Positions 8,631 through 17,930 of a stretch of DNA of 64,000 bases are shown here, in pieces (the first letter of the stretch is position 1; every line of letters begins with the position of its first letter). A model generated the notes under the pieces. That model did not search any database and had not been told where the DNA came from. It was given only the letters and a program-made list of their open reading frames with translations. The position numbers and the translations under genes are program-made. The DNA lies in the IMG/VR virus record IMGVR_UViG_2778261689_000001, positions 1-64,000 of that record. The stretch is one strand, 5' to 3'. This stretch comes from a virus. Its lineage: Duplodnaviria > Heunggongvirae > Uroviricota > Caudoviricetes.

Positions 8631-9482
8631 ATGATAAATTATGTCTACGGCGAACAACTGTACCAGGAGTTCGTCAGCTTCAGGGATCTCTTTCTAAAAA
8701 AAGCTGTTGCACGCGCCCAACACGTTGATACAGCCAGCGACGGTCGTCCTGTACGCCCGGTTGTCGTTCTACCGTTCAAAGAAACTGACAGCATTCAGGC
8801 TGAAATTGATAAATGGACTTTAATGGCGCGGGAACTGGAACAGTACCCAGACCTCAATATCCCAAAGACTATTTTATATCCAGTGCCTAACATCCTTCGC
8901 GGTGTGCGTAAGGTTACAACTTATCAGACAGAGGCTGTGAACAGCGTCAACATGACCGCTGGCCGCATTATTCATCTGATTGATAAGGACATTCGCATCC
9001 AAAAAAGCGCGGGGATCAATGAGCACAGTGCGAAATACATAGAGAACCTGGAAGCAACAAAAGAGCTAATGAAGCAGTACCCGGAGGATGAAAAATTCCG
9101 TATGCGCGTACACGGCTTTAGCGAAACAATGCTGCGCGTCCACTACATTTCCAGTAGCCCTAACTACAATGATGGTAAATCAGTTAGTTACCATGTGCCA
9201 CTGTGTGGCGTGTTTATCTGCGATGAAACTCTCCGTGATGGAATTATCATCAACGGTGAATTCGAAAAAGCAAAATTTAGCCTTTATGACTCCATAGAAC
9301 CGATCATCTGCGACCGCTGGCCGCAAGCAAAAATATATCGCCTGGCAGATATTGAAAATGTAAAAAAACAAATTGCCATCACTCGCGAAGAGAAAAAGGT
9401 TAAGTCAGCCGCATCAGTTACGCGCAGCCGTAAAACCAAGAAGGGGCAGCCAGTAAACGACAACCCCGAAAGCGCGCAATAA
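8631..9482 (+). CDS. c1: C1 primary immunity repressor (283 aa)
   Basis: 283 aa, starts MINYVYGEQLYQEFVSFRDLFLKK; size, N-terminus and coi-upstream/operator context match P1 C1. Confidence 0.85.
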   Translation: MINYVYGEQLYQEFVSFRDLFLKKAVARAQHVDTASDGRPVRPVVVLPFKETDSIQAEIDKWTLMARELEQYPDLNIPKTILYPVPNILRGVRKVTTYQTEAVNSVNMTAGRIIHLIDKDIRIQKSAGINEHSAKYIENLEATKELMKQYPEDEKFRMRVHGFSETMLRVHYISSSPNYNDGKSVSYHVPLCGVFICDETLRDGIIINGEFEKAKFSLYDSIEPIICDRWPQAKIYRLADIENVKKQIAITREEKKVKSAASVTRSRKTKKGQPVNDNPESAQ

Positions 9483-9485
9483 ATT

Positions 9486-9507
9486 ATGCCCGGCATCAAC
9501 CGGGCAT
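9486..9507. terminator. Bidirectional terminator hairpin between convergent c1 and ant-like genes
   Basis: ATGCCCGG-CATCAA-CCGGGCAT in the 32-bp convergent intergenic gap. Confidence 0.5.
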
Positions 9508-9514
9508 TCTTCCA

Positions 9515-10633
9515 TTATTCAGCCGCCACCGGTTTTAACAAGCCAGCATCGAGCAGTTTACGCGTCAACCACTGCTGGCCTTTACCCGTTAATTGAGGCG
9601 TCAACCGTATCTGGTAGCCATCTTCATCATCCAGCACCACTTCTTTCACCGTGAAATACCCCGCGTTGATGTACTGCTGGAACGGCACATTTTTACGTCC
9701 ACCGGACGCTATCAGGATGCCGTTCTCCCGTAACCAGACAAACAGCGCGTTTTGCTTAAGTCCAACAACCTTTGCAAAATTCCCAATCAGGATCCCTTTA
9801 GCTACTGATACCCGGTCGGCAAAATCGACCTTAGGAGCGGCGGCCACCAGCTGCTGATTTAGCTGGTGGGCTTTCTGTTCCAGAAGCTGCTTTTGTTCAG
9901 CCAGTTCGGCAGCCAGGCGTAGGGCTTCTGGTAATGTTTGGGGGATTGCAACCGGTTGCTGTTCTTTTTGCCGGAAGTAGCTGTCTTCCAGTTTTTCAAA
10001 GAATGCCCATGCCTGATCGGTTTCGAGCATTTTAGCGTGGCGGGCTGCGCCGCGTTCTGTCCAGAGGGTGAGTGAGCGAACATTGCGAGCAATTTTTACA
10101 GAGTAGTTTAAAGCTACTCTGTGCTTCAACTCGCGCAATGATTCTCCTTCAACTTTGAAAAAGTGCTTCCCTTCAACAAAGCGTACTTTGTTCTCATGAT
10201 GATTTTGGCGAATACGGATTGTTTCTGTCCCATACCCTCTAGCAAGAGTCTCGGTTGTCACTACACGCACTCCCTGCCATTCCAGAACGGGAATTTCATC
10301 AGACTGATTCTGAACAACCACCAGCTCCGATTCCTGAACTGAAGGTGCATGAATTTTTTCTGATTTAACGTTAGTTGCTTTCATTCTGTGTGCCTCCTTG
10401 CGTGCTTCGGCTGCGACGGTTGCGTAATTCAGATGACCCTGTTCGAGCAGGTATTCGCGGATATCAGACAACAGGATACGGTGAACCGCGTTCTTGTCCT
10501 TTCTCCGGTAAAGTTGTTTGGTGATCATGAAGTAGTTGGCAATAACGCCTGGTATATCCCTGGTACTGATACAGGCAGTGTGCTGTTCAATTGCCTCGAT
10601 CATCTCTTCACGGGTAACTAACGATGTTCTCAT
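9515..10633 (-). CDS. Antirepressor-like protein (372 aa): N-terminal domain paralogous to ORF 60798-61841, central Bro-N-like segment, C-terminal Ant/KilAC-type domain
   Basis: C-terminal ...IPQTLPEALRLAAELAEQKQ...KVDFADRVSVAKGILIGNFAKVVGLKQNALF...GKGQQWLTRKLLDAGLLKPVA is shared with ORFs 60798-61841 and 59833-60633; start overlaps the icd-like stop (ATGA). Confidence 0.7.
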   Translation of the reverse strand: MRTSLVTREEMIEAIEQHTACISTRDIPGVIANYFMITKQLYRRKDKNAVHRILLSDIREYLLEQGHLNYATVAAEARKEAHRMKATNVKSEKIHAPSVQESELVVVQNQSDEIPVLEWQGVRVVTTETLARGYGTETIRIRQNHHENKVRFVEGKHFFKVEGESLRELKHRVALNYSVKIARNVRSLTLWTERGAARHAKMLETDQAWAFFEKLEDSYFRQKEQQPVAIPQTLPEALRLAAELAEQKQLLEQKAHQLNQQLVAAAPKVDFADRVSVAKGILIGNFAKVVGLKQNALFVWLRENGILIASGGRKNVPFQQYINAGYFTVKEVVLDDEDGYQIRLTPQLTGKGQQWLTRKLLDAGLLKPVAAE

Positions 10634-10851
10634 AGTCCCTCCTGAGCAGAAGCGTTAACAGGGAGGCACCAGTAACTGAGAGAATTGCGTGAATCAGTGG
10701 AAAAACGGGCAGAGAAAATACATGGGGCGTCAGGAAGCTGAGAGCGGGCCTCATCTTCTGTTGGTGCAATAACGAAGTGATAGTGACGTTTTTGGCAGGA
10801 GTAAAAGCGCCAGATAAATTCAGGATGAGTTGGGGTAGGGATAGTAGCCAT
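10630..10851 (-). CDS. Icd-like small protein (73 aa)
   Basis: MATIPTPTHPEFIWRFYSCQKRHYHFVIAPTEDEARSQLPD... is paralogous to ORF 61838-62059; ATG preceded by AAGGAGG; track ORF extended to 11193 is probably over-long. Confidence 0.6.
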   Translation of the reverse strand: MATIPTPTHPEFIWRFYSCQKRHYHFVIAPTEDEARSQLPDAPCIFSARFSTDSRNSLSYWCLPVNASAQEGL

Positions 10852-10924
10852 ATTGGCAGCCTCCTTAGACGTTGGTATGTAACCACCGCAGAAGAGACCA
10901 ATCTTGCTGGCGGTGGACTGTACG

Positions 10925-11005
10925 GAGTTGGCCTTACTGGCGTCCAAGGTAACCAGCCTACCCGAAGGTAGCCCCATACAGCCCACCATTGTAGAGGTGT
11001 GCGTG
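10925..11005 (-). ncRNA. Candidate c4-like antisense RNA core (second copy)
   Basis: Segment between the operator and icd-like gene shares AACCAGC...CGAAG...CCCCA...CCCACCAT blocks with 62125-62205 but differs between them; boundaries not determined. Confidence 0.3.
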
Positions 11006-11169
11006 TACGCCGATACAAAAAAAGACGCGAGCGGCGTCTGTATCGCCTTAGACTTAAGCGGGAGGCCAATCCCGGCACCCGTTTTAATGAGGTGCCTGAT
11101 AAGCATAAACCGAAAATGCCTCAAGGCGCAAGAGGTCAGGTTCAATGTAACATCGGTAGTTAAAAAACA

Positions 11170-11186
11170 CAATTCATTAGAGCAAA
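11170..11186 (-). promoter_or_regulatory. C1 operator upstream of the second c4/icd/ant-like cassette
   Basis: CAATTCATTAGAGCAAA, 14/17 to operator consensus. Confidence 0.55.
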
Positions 11187-11189
11187 TGT

Positions 11190-12674
11190 TCATTCATTAA
11201 GCCATGCCAGAGCTTCATCAACCTGCGCTTCGTCTTCGACGCTAAGCACTTCATCCTGGGGAACATAATCCGCCAGCATAGCGAAACAATATGTATCCCA
11301 ATGGTCTGGTGAGTGCAGGTTGAGTTTTTTCTTCATATCCTCCTTACTCATCACCTTCCATTGACCTGCGGAGTTAATCCCTACAGGGATTTTCGACGCT
11401 TCCTCAATAGTTTCATTACCCTTATCCAGTCTCATACGACCAGATTTTACGGCCTCTGCGGCTTGAACATTGGCATAAGCACGTTTATCAAAGTACAGGC
11501 TCTTATCTTCACGGCTATGCATCTTTTTACCCCAGCGTATACGCTGTACGGTAATACCATAATACTCGTACATCAGATCCGCCGTTGCTTTACCCAGGCC
11601 ATCGCCGTCTATCGCTATGGTGATATTGGGGAATCGCTCAGGATTACATTCTGCGAAAATTTTGGCGGCAAGCTGCGTTTCTGTAACGTCTGTGTATTCC
11701 AGCATTCGATAGTTGATTACACGGCGTTTATTTCGCTGGCCGGACACCATCATGATATTGATAACGGACTTATCCCGTCCTGTACCACCAGCAACGTCCA
11801 CACATGCAAGCCAGCCCCATCCTTTGGCAATCTTGACTTTCCGCCGCGTCGCACGTTCAACCTCATCACGTCCAAGAAGGAAGCCATCCTGTGATTTAGG
11901 GAATAGTCCGCGTACCTTAATCATGTACATAGGGTTATCACGCCCGCCGTACTCCGCCAGCTTCATTTTGATAAATGCTGGAGTTACCAGCGGTGATTCC
12001 TCACTGTTAAGCGTGATCGCCGTATAAACGCCATCAGGGTTACCAGGACGCTTGGCCAGTTTATGGTGAGTATCGTAGAAATAGCCGCTTGGGCGTGTAG
12101 GCTGTGACAGTAATAAGATGCGGTTATCCTGTCCGGTAAGAGCACCGGTGATGATACCGAAAGCTCTATCACTGACACCGGAGGCTTCATCGATAATATA
12201 CAGAAGATGATCTGCGTGTTCACCGGCGAGAGCTTCTTCACTTCCCAGACGAAAGCCCTTCGGTACTACAGTCCATACACCTTTACCAGTAACCTCATAG
12301 AAAGCGGTTTCTGTCAGAACAAAATAATCAGCAAGCCATGGAAAACGGCTGGTGGCAGTAGCCCAGTTTATCTTGATGTACTTGAATATACCGGTCATTA
12401 CCTGCTGAATTTTGTTCGCAACGATAATGGCGCGGGCACCGGGATACATGATTATGAACAACATGATCATGATAGAAGTCATGTCTGATTTCCCGGTACC
12501 GTGACCAGACGAAACAGATGTCTTGCTACCCTGTTCCTGCACAGACTCAATAATCAGATCCTGCTGCCAGGTAGGTGTTTTGCCGAACAAAACATCAGCG
12601 GCAGCAATCCAGTCATAACGATATAGCGCCACCAGCTCGCGCCAACGTGGATCCGTTACGCAACTTCTGGCCAT
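11190..12674 (-). CDS. pacB: PacB terminase large subunit (494 aa)
   Basis: 494 aa, immediately downstream of and overlapping pacA; size and order as in P1. Confidence 0.8.
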   Translation of the reverse strand: MARSCVTDPRWRELVALYRYDWIAAADVLFGKTPTWQQDLIIESVQEQGSKTSVSSGHGTGKSDMTSIMIMLFIIMYPGARAIIVANKIQQVMTGIFKYIKINWATATSRFPWLADYFVLTETAFYEVTGKGVWTVVPKGFRLGSEEALAGEHADHLLYIIDEASGVSDRAFGIITGALTGQDNRILLLSQPTRPSGYFYDTHHKLAKRPGNPDGVYTAITLNSEESPLVTPAFIKMKLAEYGGRDNPMYMIKVRGLFPKSQDGFLLGRDEVERATRRKVKIAKGWGWLACVDVAGGTGRDKSVINIMMVSGQRNKRRVINYRMLEYTDVTETQLAAKIFAECNPERFPNITIAIDGDGLGKATADLMYEYYGITVQRIRWGKKMHSREDKSLYFDKRAYANVQAAEAVKSGRMRLDKGNETIEEASKIPVGINSAGQWKVMSKEDMKKKLNLHSPDHWDTYCFAMLADYVPQDEVLSVEDEAQVDEALAWLNE

Positions 12675-13867
12675 TAATCATCATCCCCGTATAGCTTGCG
12701 GGTAACTTCTTCATCTTCCTCCTCGTCTTCGTCCAGGTCTTGTTCCAGCCATGGGTCGTTTGATACACCTTCAGTATCAACATCTCCATAACCGCCTGTA
12801 TCAACGATATCGGCGATTTCTTCCCTACGCTGCTCAATCCACAATGCGGCATCGGCGCGGCGGTTGGCGGCCCGTTCTCGCGCAACTTTGTCCAGATCTT
12901 CAAGAGAAGGGCCACCGACGGCTGTTTGCCTTTCCTCATCATCGGTATTGGTCTTAGGAGCACGCAGATCGGCTTTGATTTGCTCCAGCATCAGGGGCGG
13001 CACTTTTCCGCCATGCGCCTCGATGAATTCAGCTGCTTCCAGCACTGACCAGTTATTTTCACGCTTTCGTTCGTATGCCAGCTTAACAATGCCAGCTTGC
13101 CCCATAGATAAAGCGTGCTTTTCCGCCTCCCGGCTTTCTTTTCGATAGTTATTCCGGATGCTGTAAATGGTGTTGATCAGGCTGCTTATCTGCGCGGAAC
13201 AGCTGTTTAGCATGCTCGCGATACGATATTCAGGCGGAGTCCCTTCATCATCGTCTTTTTGCTGATCGCGCATTTCCTGCACCAGACGAATACACGTATC
13301 CCTGGCGTTCTCCAGCATAAGGAGATGAGAAAGAGACTTTTCCAGAAGAGTGGTTTCCAGAACATCGGCCCCGGACCGACGCAACATAGCGCGCGCGGCC
13401 TTCCGCGCTTCAACGTTATCTATCAGGTAATCGCCAGCTTCGAATTCAAAGCGTTCACCATCATCATCCAGGGTGTCGCGTTCCAGGCGATCACGTAAGG
13501 TCCGGTGGGCGCGGGTGATCACGTCATGATCATCAGAACGATCATTTATGCGCTTATTCTGGCGCTTCGCGTTCTCGACTGCGGCACTGACAACAGCATT
13601 AACTCTTTGTTTTTCAGCCATTTCAGCCACAATGTGATCACCTGCACGTTGATCATTAGCGTGATCAATGATCATGCTTTTTAGTGGTTTTCTGACAGGC
13701 TTATTTGGCTTACGGCTGTCCGCTGTTCCGGTGTCTTCTTTGAATGCACGGAGATAACGACGTGCGGTGTTTGGGTTGAGATTAAACTCGGCGGCATATT
13801 GTGCGATGGTGTAACCACCATCTCGCGCCAGGCGAGCAAAATTCTTCTTGTGATCGTCCCAGGTCAC
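12674..13867 (-). CDS. pacA: PacA terminase small/pac-recognition subunit (397 aa)
   Basis: 397 aa; contains the TGATCA-hexamer pac site internally; GTG start preceded by AAGGAAG. Confidence 0.8.
   Translation of the reverse strand: MTWDDHKKNFARLARDGGYTIAQYAAEFNLNPNTARRYLRAFKEDTGTADSRKPNKPVRKPLKSMIIDHANDQRAGDHIVAEMAEKQRVNAVVSAAVENAKRQNKRINDRSDDHDVITRAHRTLRDRLERDTLDDDGERFEFEAGDYLIDNVEARKAARAMLRRSGADVLETTLLEKSLSHLLMLENARDTCIRLVQEMRDQQKDDDEGTPPEYRIASMLNSCSAQISSLINTIYSIRNNYRKESREAEKHALSMGQAGIVKLAYERKRENNWSVLEAAEFIEAHGGKVPPLMLEQIKADLRAPKTNTDDEERQTAVGGPSLEDLDKVARERAANRRADAALWIEQRREEIADIVDTGGYGDVDTEGVSNDPWLEQDLDEDEEEDEEVTRKLYGDDD
13516..13674. other. pac: pac packaging site (hexamer clusters with Dam GATC sites) inside pacA
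   Basis: TGATCA/GATCAT hexamers clustered at 13516-13545 and 13635-13674, about 160 bp end to end, matching the P1 pac architecture. Confidence 0.8.
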
Positions 13868-13953
13868 TTATGCTTCCTTTCGTATAAAACTCTTTTTGAC
13901 GCGAGGGTAACGAAAGTCACATGTCAAAAGGCCCGGAACGGGCAAGCAATCAA

Positions 13954-14406
13954 TCAGATACGTGCGGATGTGGCATTACCGTAATGACGGTGCTGACGGA
14001 CCACCTTATTGAAAAGTTGACGCGCCATCACCCAAGGCTGGTGCTCCCGGCGTTCCTTTTCGTCCTGCGTCATATAGAGTTCGTTCTGGAGTTTTTCATC
14101 AAACCGGCGCGGAGCGCGGCTGCGGCGAAAGAATTCAGGATTCAGAGAGTGGATCTGAAATCTACGTGGGCGTGTACTGTCATCAATCAAAACAGACGAA
14201 TACTTAGACACAGCGATAGCCTTTAAGCGCAGATAAACATCGCGCTTATCGACATCCAGATGCGGGTATTCCTTTTCAAGAATTGCTGCGAGTTCTTTCG
14301 CTGATAGAAGAGATTTAGTGCGGATCATGTAATCCGCAATCTCGTACGATGTTATTCGTGAGTGATTTATTTCCATGAAGTGGCGTCCCTGCCAGTTAAG
14401 TAACAT
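13954..14406 (-). CDS. lpa: Lpa-like late promoter activator (150 aa)
   Basis: 150-aa basic protein directly upstream of pacA with a C1 operator upstream, as for P1 lpa; identity by position and size. Confidence 0.55.
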   Translation of the reverse strand: MLLNWQGRHFMEINHSRITSYEIADYMIRTKSLLSAKELAAILEKEYPHLDVDKRDVYLRLKAIAVSKYSSVLIDDSTRPRRFQIHSLNPEFFRRSRAPRRFDEKLQNELYMTQDEKERREHQPWVMARQLFNKVVRQHRHYGNATSARI

Positions 14407-14476
14407 CCTGTCACCTACTGATTAGCCCATGTCAACTAATCAACGTCGAATATAATACCCTCGATTAAAGAAATAG

Positions 14477-14493
14477 CAATACATTAGAGCAAT
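14477..14493 (-). promoter_or_regulatory. C1 operator upstream of lpa-like gene
   Basis: ATTAGAGCAAT core at 14483-14493. Confidence 0.55.
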
Positions 14494-14494
14494 T

Positions 14495-15538
14495 TTATCT
14501 AACGCTCGACGAGTGACTTGTGATAGCGCCGACTCCAAGCGCGTAATCAAAGAACAATCGTTGATGCATCGCCAGCCTACCGTGCGTCTTCTCCCAATTA
14601 TCGCGGTCACGCTCAATATCACGCTGGCATGACTGGCACAGAGGAATAGCATAAATGTCATGCGCGCATAATCGACTATGACGAACGATATAAGGCGTAA
14701 TGTGAGCGCCAGCTCCCGCAGCTCCACAGCCACAGCATGGACGGGAAGCCACAAAGTCCATGTACTCGGGCAATTTTAGCGATTGAAGTTTTGGTATTTT
14801 GAAATGCGCCATACCTGGGTCGGAGTCAACATCCACAGGGCATACTTTTGCACGCATCGGCGCGGCGCGTTCTTCCATCATCTGAACATATGCTGTAGCG
14901 CGATCGTCATACGGGCGAATATCCGCCTCTTTCAGAGGTCCGCTATCCTGCGGAGTAGCCTTCATCTTATTTATTGATATGCGGCAGACTTCTTCCGGCA
15001 TCAGGTGCATCATGTTGCGCATGAAAGCCCACCAGCACAGCTCCTGAATACTTAAATCATGGCTATTTGAAAGGCCCATTTCCTGACGGGCGACATCCAG
15101 TATCCAGTTAACGCGATTATTGTGCAGCGTTTCTTTCAGCTCATTAAAACCACGCATCCGGTAATGGTTATCGTGATGCCAGCACAACAACACCGCGCTA
15201 TTGTCTCGTTCTGCGTGGACAATATGGTTGTCACACCAGCTACGATCTGCGGCCTGGCATTGCCCCTCTTTCCTGCGCAACCACGCCACCAGCGAGTCAA
15301 TTCCACCAATACGGCGAAACAGTTCATCGCTGTTAAAAAACGGCTGCAACGCCTCATTTGTTGCCATGGTTTGCTCGGTAACAACGAGGCCGTCTTCCAT
15401 GTGCTCGATTAACTCACGCGGCACCGGCTCCATAATAAATTTACGGCCAGCCTCCACCAGCTTTCTGACTTCCTGATCCACTTTGAATGTGGCGACGCCA
15501 AGCTCTTTTTGTACAAAGGGAGTAATTACGGCTTTCAC
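14495..15538 (-). CDS. Cys-rich hypothetical protein (PdcB-like by position)
   Basis: 347 aa with CxxC pairs (CCGCG, CQSCQ); lies between doc and lpa. Confidence 0.4.
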   Translation of the reverse strand: MKAVITPFVQKELGVATFKVDQEVRKLVEAGRKFIMEPVPRELIEHMEDGLVVTEQTMATNEALQPFFNSDELFRRIGGIDSLVAWLRRKEGQCQAADRSWCDNHIVHAERDNSAVLLCWHHDNHYRMRGFNELKETLHNNRVNWILDVARQEMGLSNSHDLSIQELCWWAFMRNMMHLMPEEVCRISINKMKATPQDSGPLKEADIRPYDDRATAYVQMMEERAAPMRAKVCPVDVDSDPGMAHFKIPKLQSLKLPEYMDFVASRPCCGCGAAGAGAHITPYIVRHSRLCAHDIYAIPLCQSCQRDIERDRDNWEKTHGRLAMHQRLFFDYALGVGAITSHSSSVR

Positions 15539-15565
15539 ATCACACCTTTCATCACTGATTGGGCT

Positions 15566-15745
15566 TTATCTGCTGCCCGGCATTCTCTGTTTAAGCACAA
15601 CCATTTCCTGACGGCATAACACAGCAATAGCAGCCCTGGCTCCAATTTGCTTACCAACCAGGTATTGCTTTACCTCGCGGCGACTCACGCCATCAAGAAG
15701 CATCTTTAACGCTTCACGGGACAATTTGTTGTATTTGCGTGCCAT
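15566..15745 (-). CDS. Small hypothetical protein downstream of doc
   Basis: Internal Met start (MARKYNKLSREALK...) just after the doc stop; track ORF 15566-15766 overlaps doc. Confidence 0.3.
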   Translation of the reverse strand: MARKYNKLSREALKMLLDGVSRREVKQYLVGKQIGARAAIAVLCRQEMVVLKQRMPGSR

Positions 15746-15749
15746 TAAT

Positions 15750-16130
15750 CTACTCCGCAGAACCATACAATCTACGTAACGTGTCGGCGACAGAAGATAC
15801 AGATATCTCGCCAGTCGCAGCGCCTACAGTAAGGTCTGCCAGTTCAGGTGAATCAAATACCTGCACCCCGTTACGGCGTAGAAATAGCAGCGCGCTGTTT
15901 AGCGCGGTACGCTTATTGGCATCATTGAATATATGCCCTCTCGCTGTAGCCACCAGGTAGGTGGCGGAGACTTCGAAAAGGTCGGTGATCTCTTCGTAGG
16001 CAACTCTGGCCTGAACTCTCCCGATAATGGCCTCTGCCCTGCCCGGATCTGACATGCCAGGCAGGCCGCCGTAGCGGCTTATATTCGCATCATGAAGCGC
16101 AATAAGTTCTTCCGGTGATATATGCCTCAT
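15750..16130 (-). CDS. doc: Doc toxin (Fic-fold kinase, 126 aa)
   Basis: [126 protein letters not shown] matches P1 Doc as I recall it. Confidence 0.92.
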
Positions 16131-16351
16131 TATCGGTTAACCAGTTCCTTGTTGGTGGAGTCCAGGGTGTCAAACAGGGATGCAAATTCAGCATCCAGCG
16201 CCGCTTTTTTGTAGGCTTCGAAAGTAGCCTTGCTGACAATTACTGCTGGCTCACGGCCTCTGCGGGTGATTTCAACCTCTTCCCCGGCTTCAACATTGTT
16301 GAGCACTTCAGAAAGGTTGCCGCGCGCGGTACGGAAGTTAATGGATTGCAT
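16130..16351 (-). CDS. phd: Phd antitoxin (73 aa)
   Basis: [73 protein letters not shown]; stop overlaps doc start. Confidence 0.92.
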
Positions 16352-16357
16352 AAACAC

Positions 16358-16420
16358 CTCGTGTACTCGTTATGTGTACACAATTATAAACCTCACAGGC
16401 ATAAAGCACCAGCCCTTTGC
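16358..16420 (-). promoter_or_regulatory. phd/doc promoter-operator region
   Basis: Palindromic TGTGTACACA about 25 bp upstream of the phd start codon. Confidence 0.4.
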
Positions 16421-16701
16421 AGCTTAAATAACCGGACAATCATCAAATTCCCCACTTCGGGCATCATTGATGACATGAGTGATCACACCAAAAACAGCAT
16501 TGCTGCCCACCATCGCCCTTCTTGCTAGTGCTTAACCTCTTTAGAGGTTTAATCCACAAACACGTGATAAGTATGGGTCTTATACACAAATAGAAAATCC
16601 ATATACAAAAAAGGAACGCGCCGGCCTGACCCGGCGTGTATATAATAACCAGTAGATTAATTACCCCGTCTTTAAACTGATACCGCAGTAATTATTAATA
16701 C

Positions 16702-17106
16702 TCACTTTTTGTCCAGTAATGTGTTCAGTGACTTATTCAAAAGCTTAAATGAATCACCGGACATTTCGAAAATTTCATTTTCTATGTTAATAACCTCGCC
16801 TTTTCGGTAAAAAACTGTTCTTATCGCTGGTGACAAAAAAATATCAATCCAGAATGTAACATCATTTCGGACACCAAGTTTTTTGTATATATGTCTCTTT
16901 TGTAACGATACAGTTTTATTACTACGAGACCGGAGGTGTGATATTTTTGTAGAACTATACCCTTTCATTATTAACTCAAGAACATCACACTCAGTTTTTG
17001 TCAGCGATGCAAATACCCATAAGTGAACAGTAATATCATGTTCTTTTATTTCACTCTTTATATAGCAAATGTTTTTTTCATTTCCATATATCAATCCCCA
17101 CATCAA
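16702..17106 (-). CDS. LuxR/FixJ-family HTH regulator (134 aa)
   Basis: LuxR-type HTH segment LTKTECDVLELIMKGYSSTKISHLRSRSNKTVSLQKRHIYKKLGV; AT-rich gene. Confidence 0.6.
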   Translation of the reverse strand: MMWGLIYGNEKNICYIKSEIKEHDITVHLWVFASLTKTECDVLELIMKGYSSTKISHLRSRSNKTVSLQKRHIYKKLGVRNDVTFWIDIFLSPAIRTVFYRKGEVINIENEIFEMSGDSFKLLNKSLNTLLDKK

Positions 17107-17271
17107 AAATAAATTTTCATCTAGCTATAGATGGTATACGTTAAGTAATGCATGCCGCACATTCCTGTCATTTATCAGAATTTGAGACTGAAGATGATAA
17201 AGTTACCTAACCAGCATTCCTCCTCCTGATATTTGACGCTGTTGCCGGATTATACCCGGCCCCAACAATAA

Positions 17272-17305
17272 GCCGGTATCTGAGTGATAACAGATACCGG
17301 CTTGT
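17272..17305 (-). terminator. Strong hairpin terminator after the Skp-like gene
   Basis: 13-bp stem AAGCCGGTATCTG / CAGATACCGGCTT with 8-nt loop. Confidence 0.55.
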
Positions 17306-17340
17306 GAATCGCCTCAACAAACGTTATCGGGAACTAATGG

Positions 17341-17883
17341 TTATTTATCTTCTTCTGTTCCCTCTTTACTTGTCACCTCCTCCTGAACTTTCACTTCCAC
17401 TTTAGGTAACTGATTAAAAACCAGATGTTCTTTTTCAACCAGAGCCATAATTTCTTTTGTGATATCAGCTGAATCGTTATGTGCAAGCACAACACCTGAA
17501 GACAACACAGCAATATTTCCTGTGTTATCTTTTCTCCAGTTATTTATGGCATTATCTATTACACGGGATAACACCATTTTTGCATTGTGCTCCTCGATAA
17601 CATATTGCCTCTCCAGTTTTTGTCTGGCATCAAGAAGCAGTGCATCTTTATTTTCGTTATCTGCGAATGCTTTTAGCGCATCCTTGTATCCCTTTTCAAG
17701 AATAATCTTAACTTCACTCAGATGCGTTCTGGCCAGTTCTCCGGCAGAAGACTGATTATAAACAGCATCAATATTAACAACTGCAATTTCTTTTGATTTA
17801 TTCATATAAATAACACCAGTAAATCCAATCAGCAACAGCAACAATACTGCATTAGCAACAGAAAATTTCATTACAGAACTCAT
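17341..17883 (-). CDS. Skp/OmpH-family periplasmic chaperone-like protein (180 aa)
   Basis: Signal-anchor N-terminus; EIAVVNIDAVYNQ and IAVLSSGVVLAHNDSADITKEIMALV resemble the conserved Skp N- and C-terminal strands flanking a coiled-coil segment. Confidence 0.55.
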   Translation of the reverse strand: MSSVMKFSVANAVLLLLLIGFTGVIYMNKSKEIAVVNIDAVYNQSSAGELARTHLSEVKIILEKGYKDALKAFADNENKDALLLDARQKLERQYVIEEHNAKMVLSRVIDNAINNWRKDNTGNIAVLSSGVVLAHNDSADITKEIMALVEKEHLVFNQLPKVEVKVQEEVTSKEGTEEDK

Positions 17884-17930
17884 TATGACTACCCGGATGT
17901 GGCAGGAGGGATCCTCCTGCCACTATGTGA

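Noticed and set aside
10608-11193. Long ORFs 10608-11078 and 10630-11193 upstream of the ant-like gene
   Set aside because: Only the C-terminal 73 codons of 10630-11193 have an RBS and a paralog; the remainder overlaps the leader/c4-like region, and the other frame is an out-of-frame overlap
13207-13498. ORFs inside pacA on both strands
   Set aside because: Nested in the 397-aa pacA frame; the GATC-rich pac site explains the local sequence pattern
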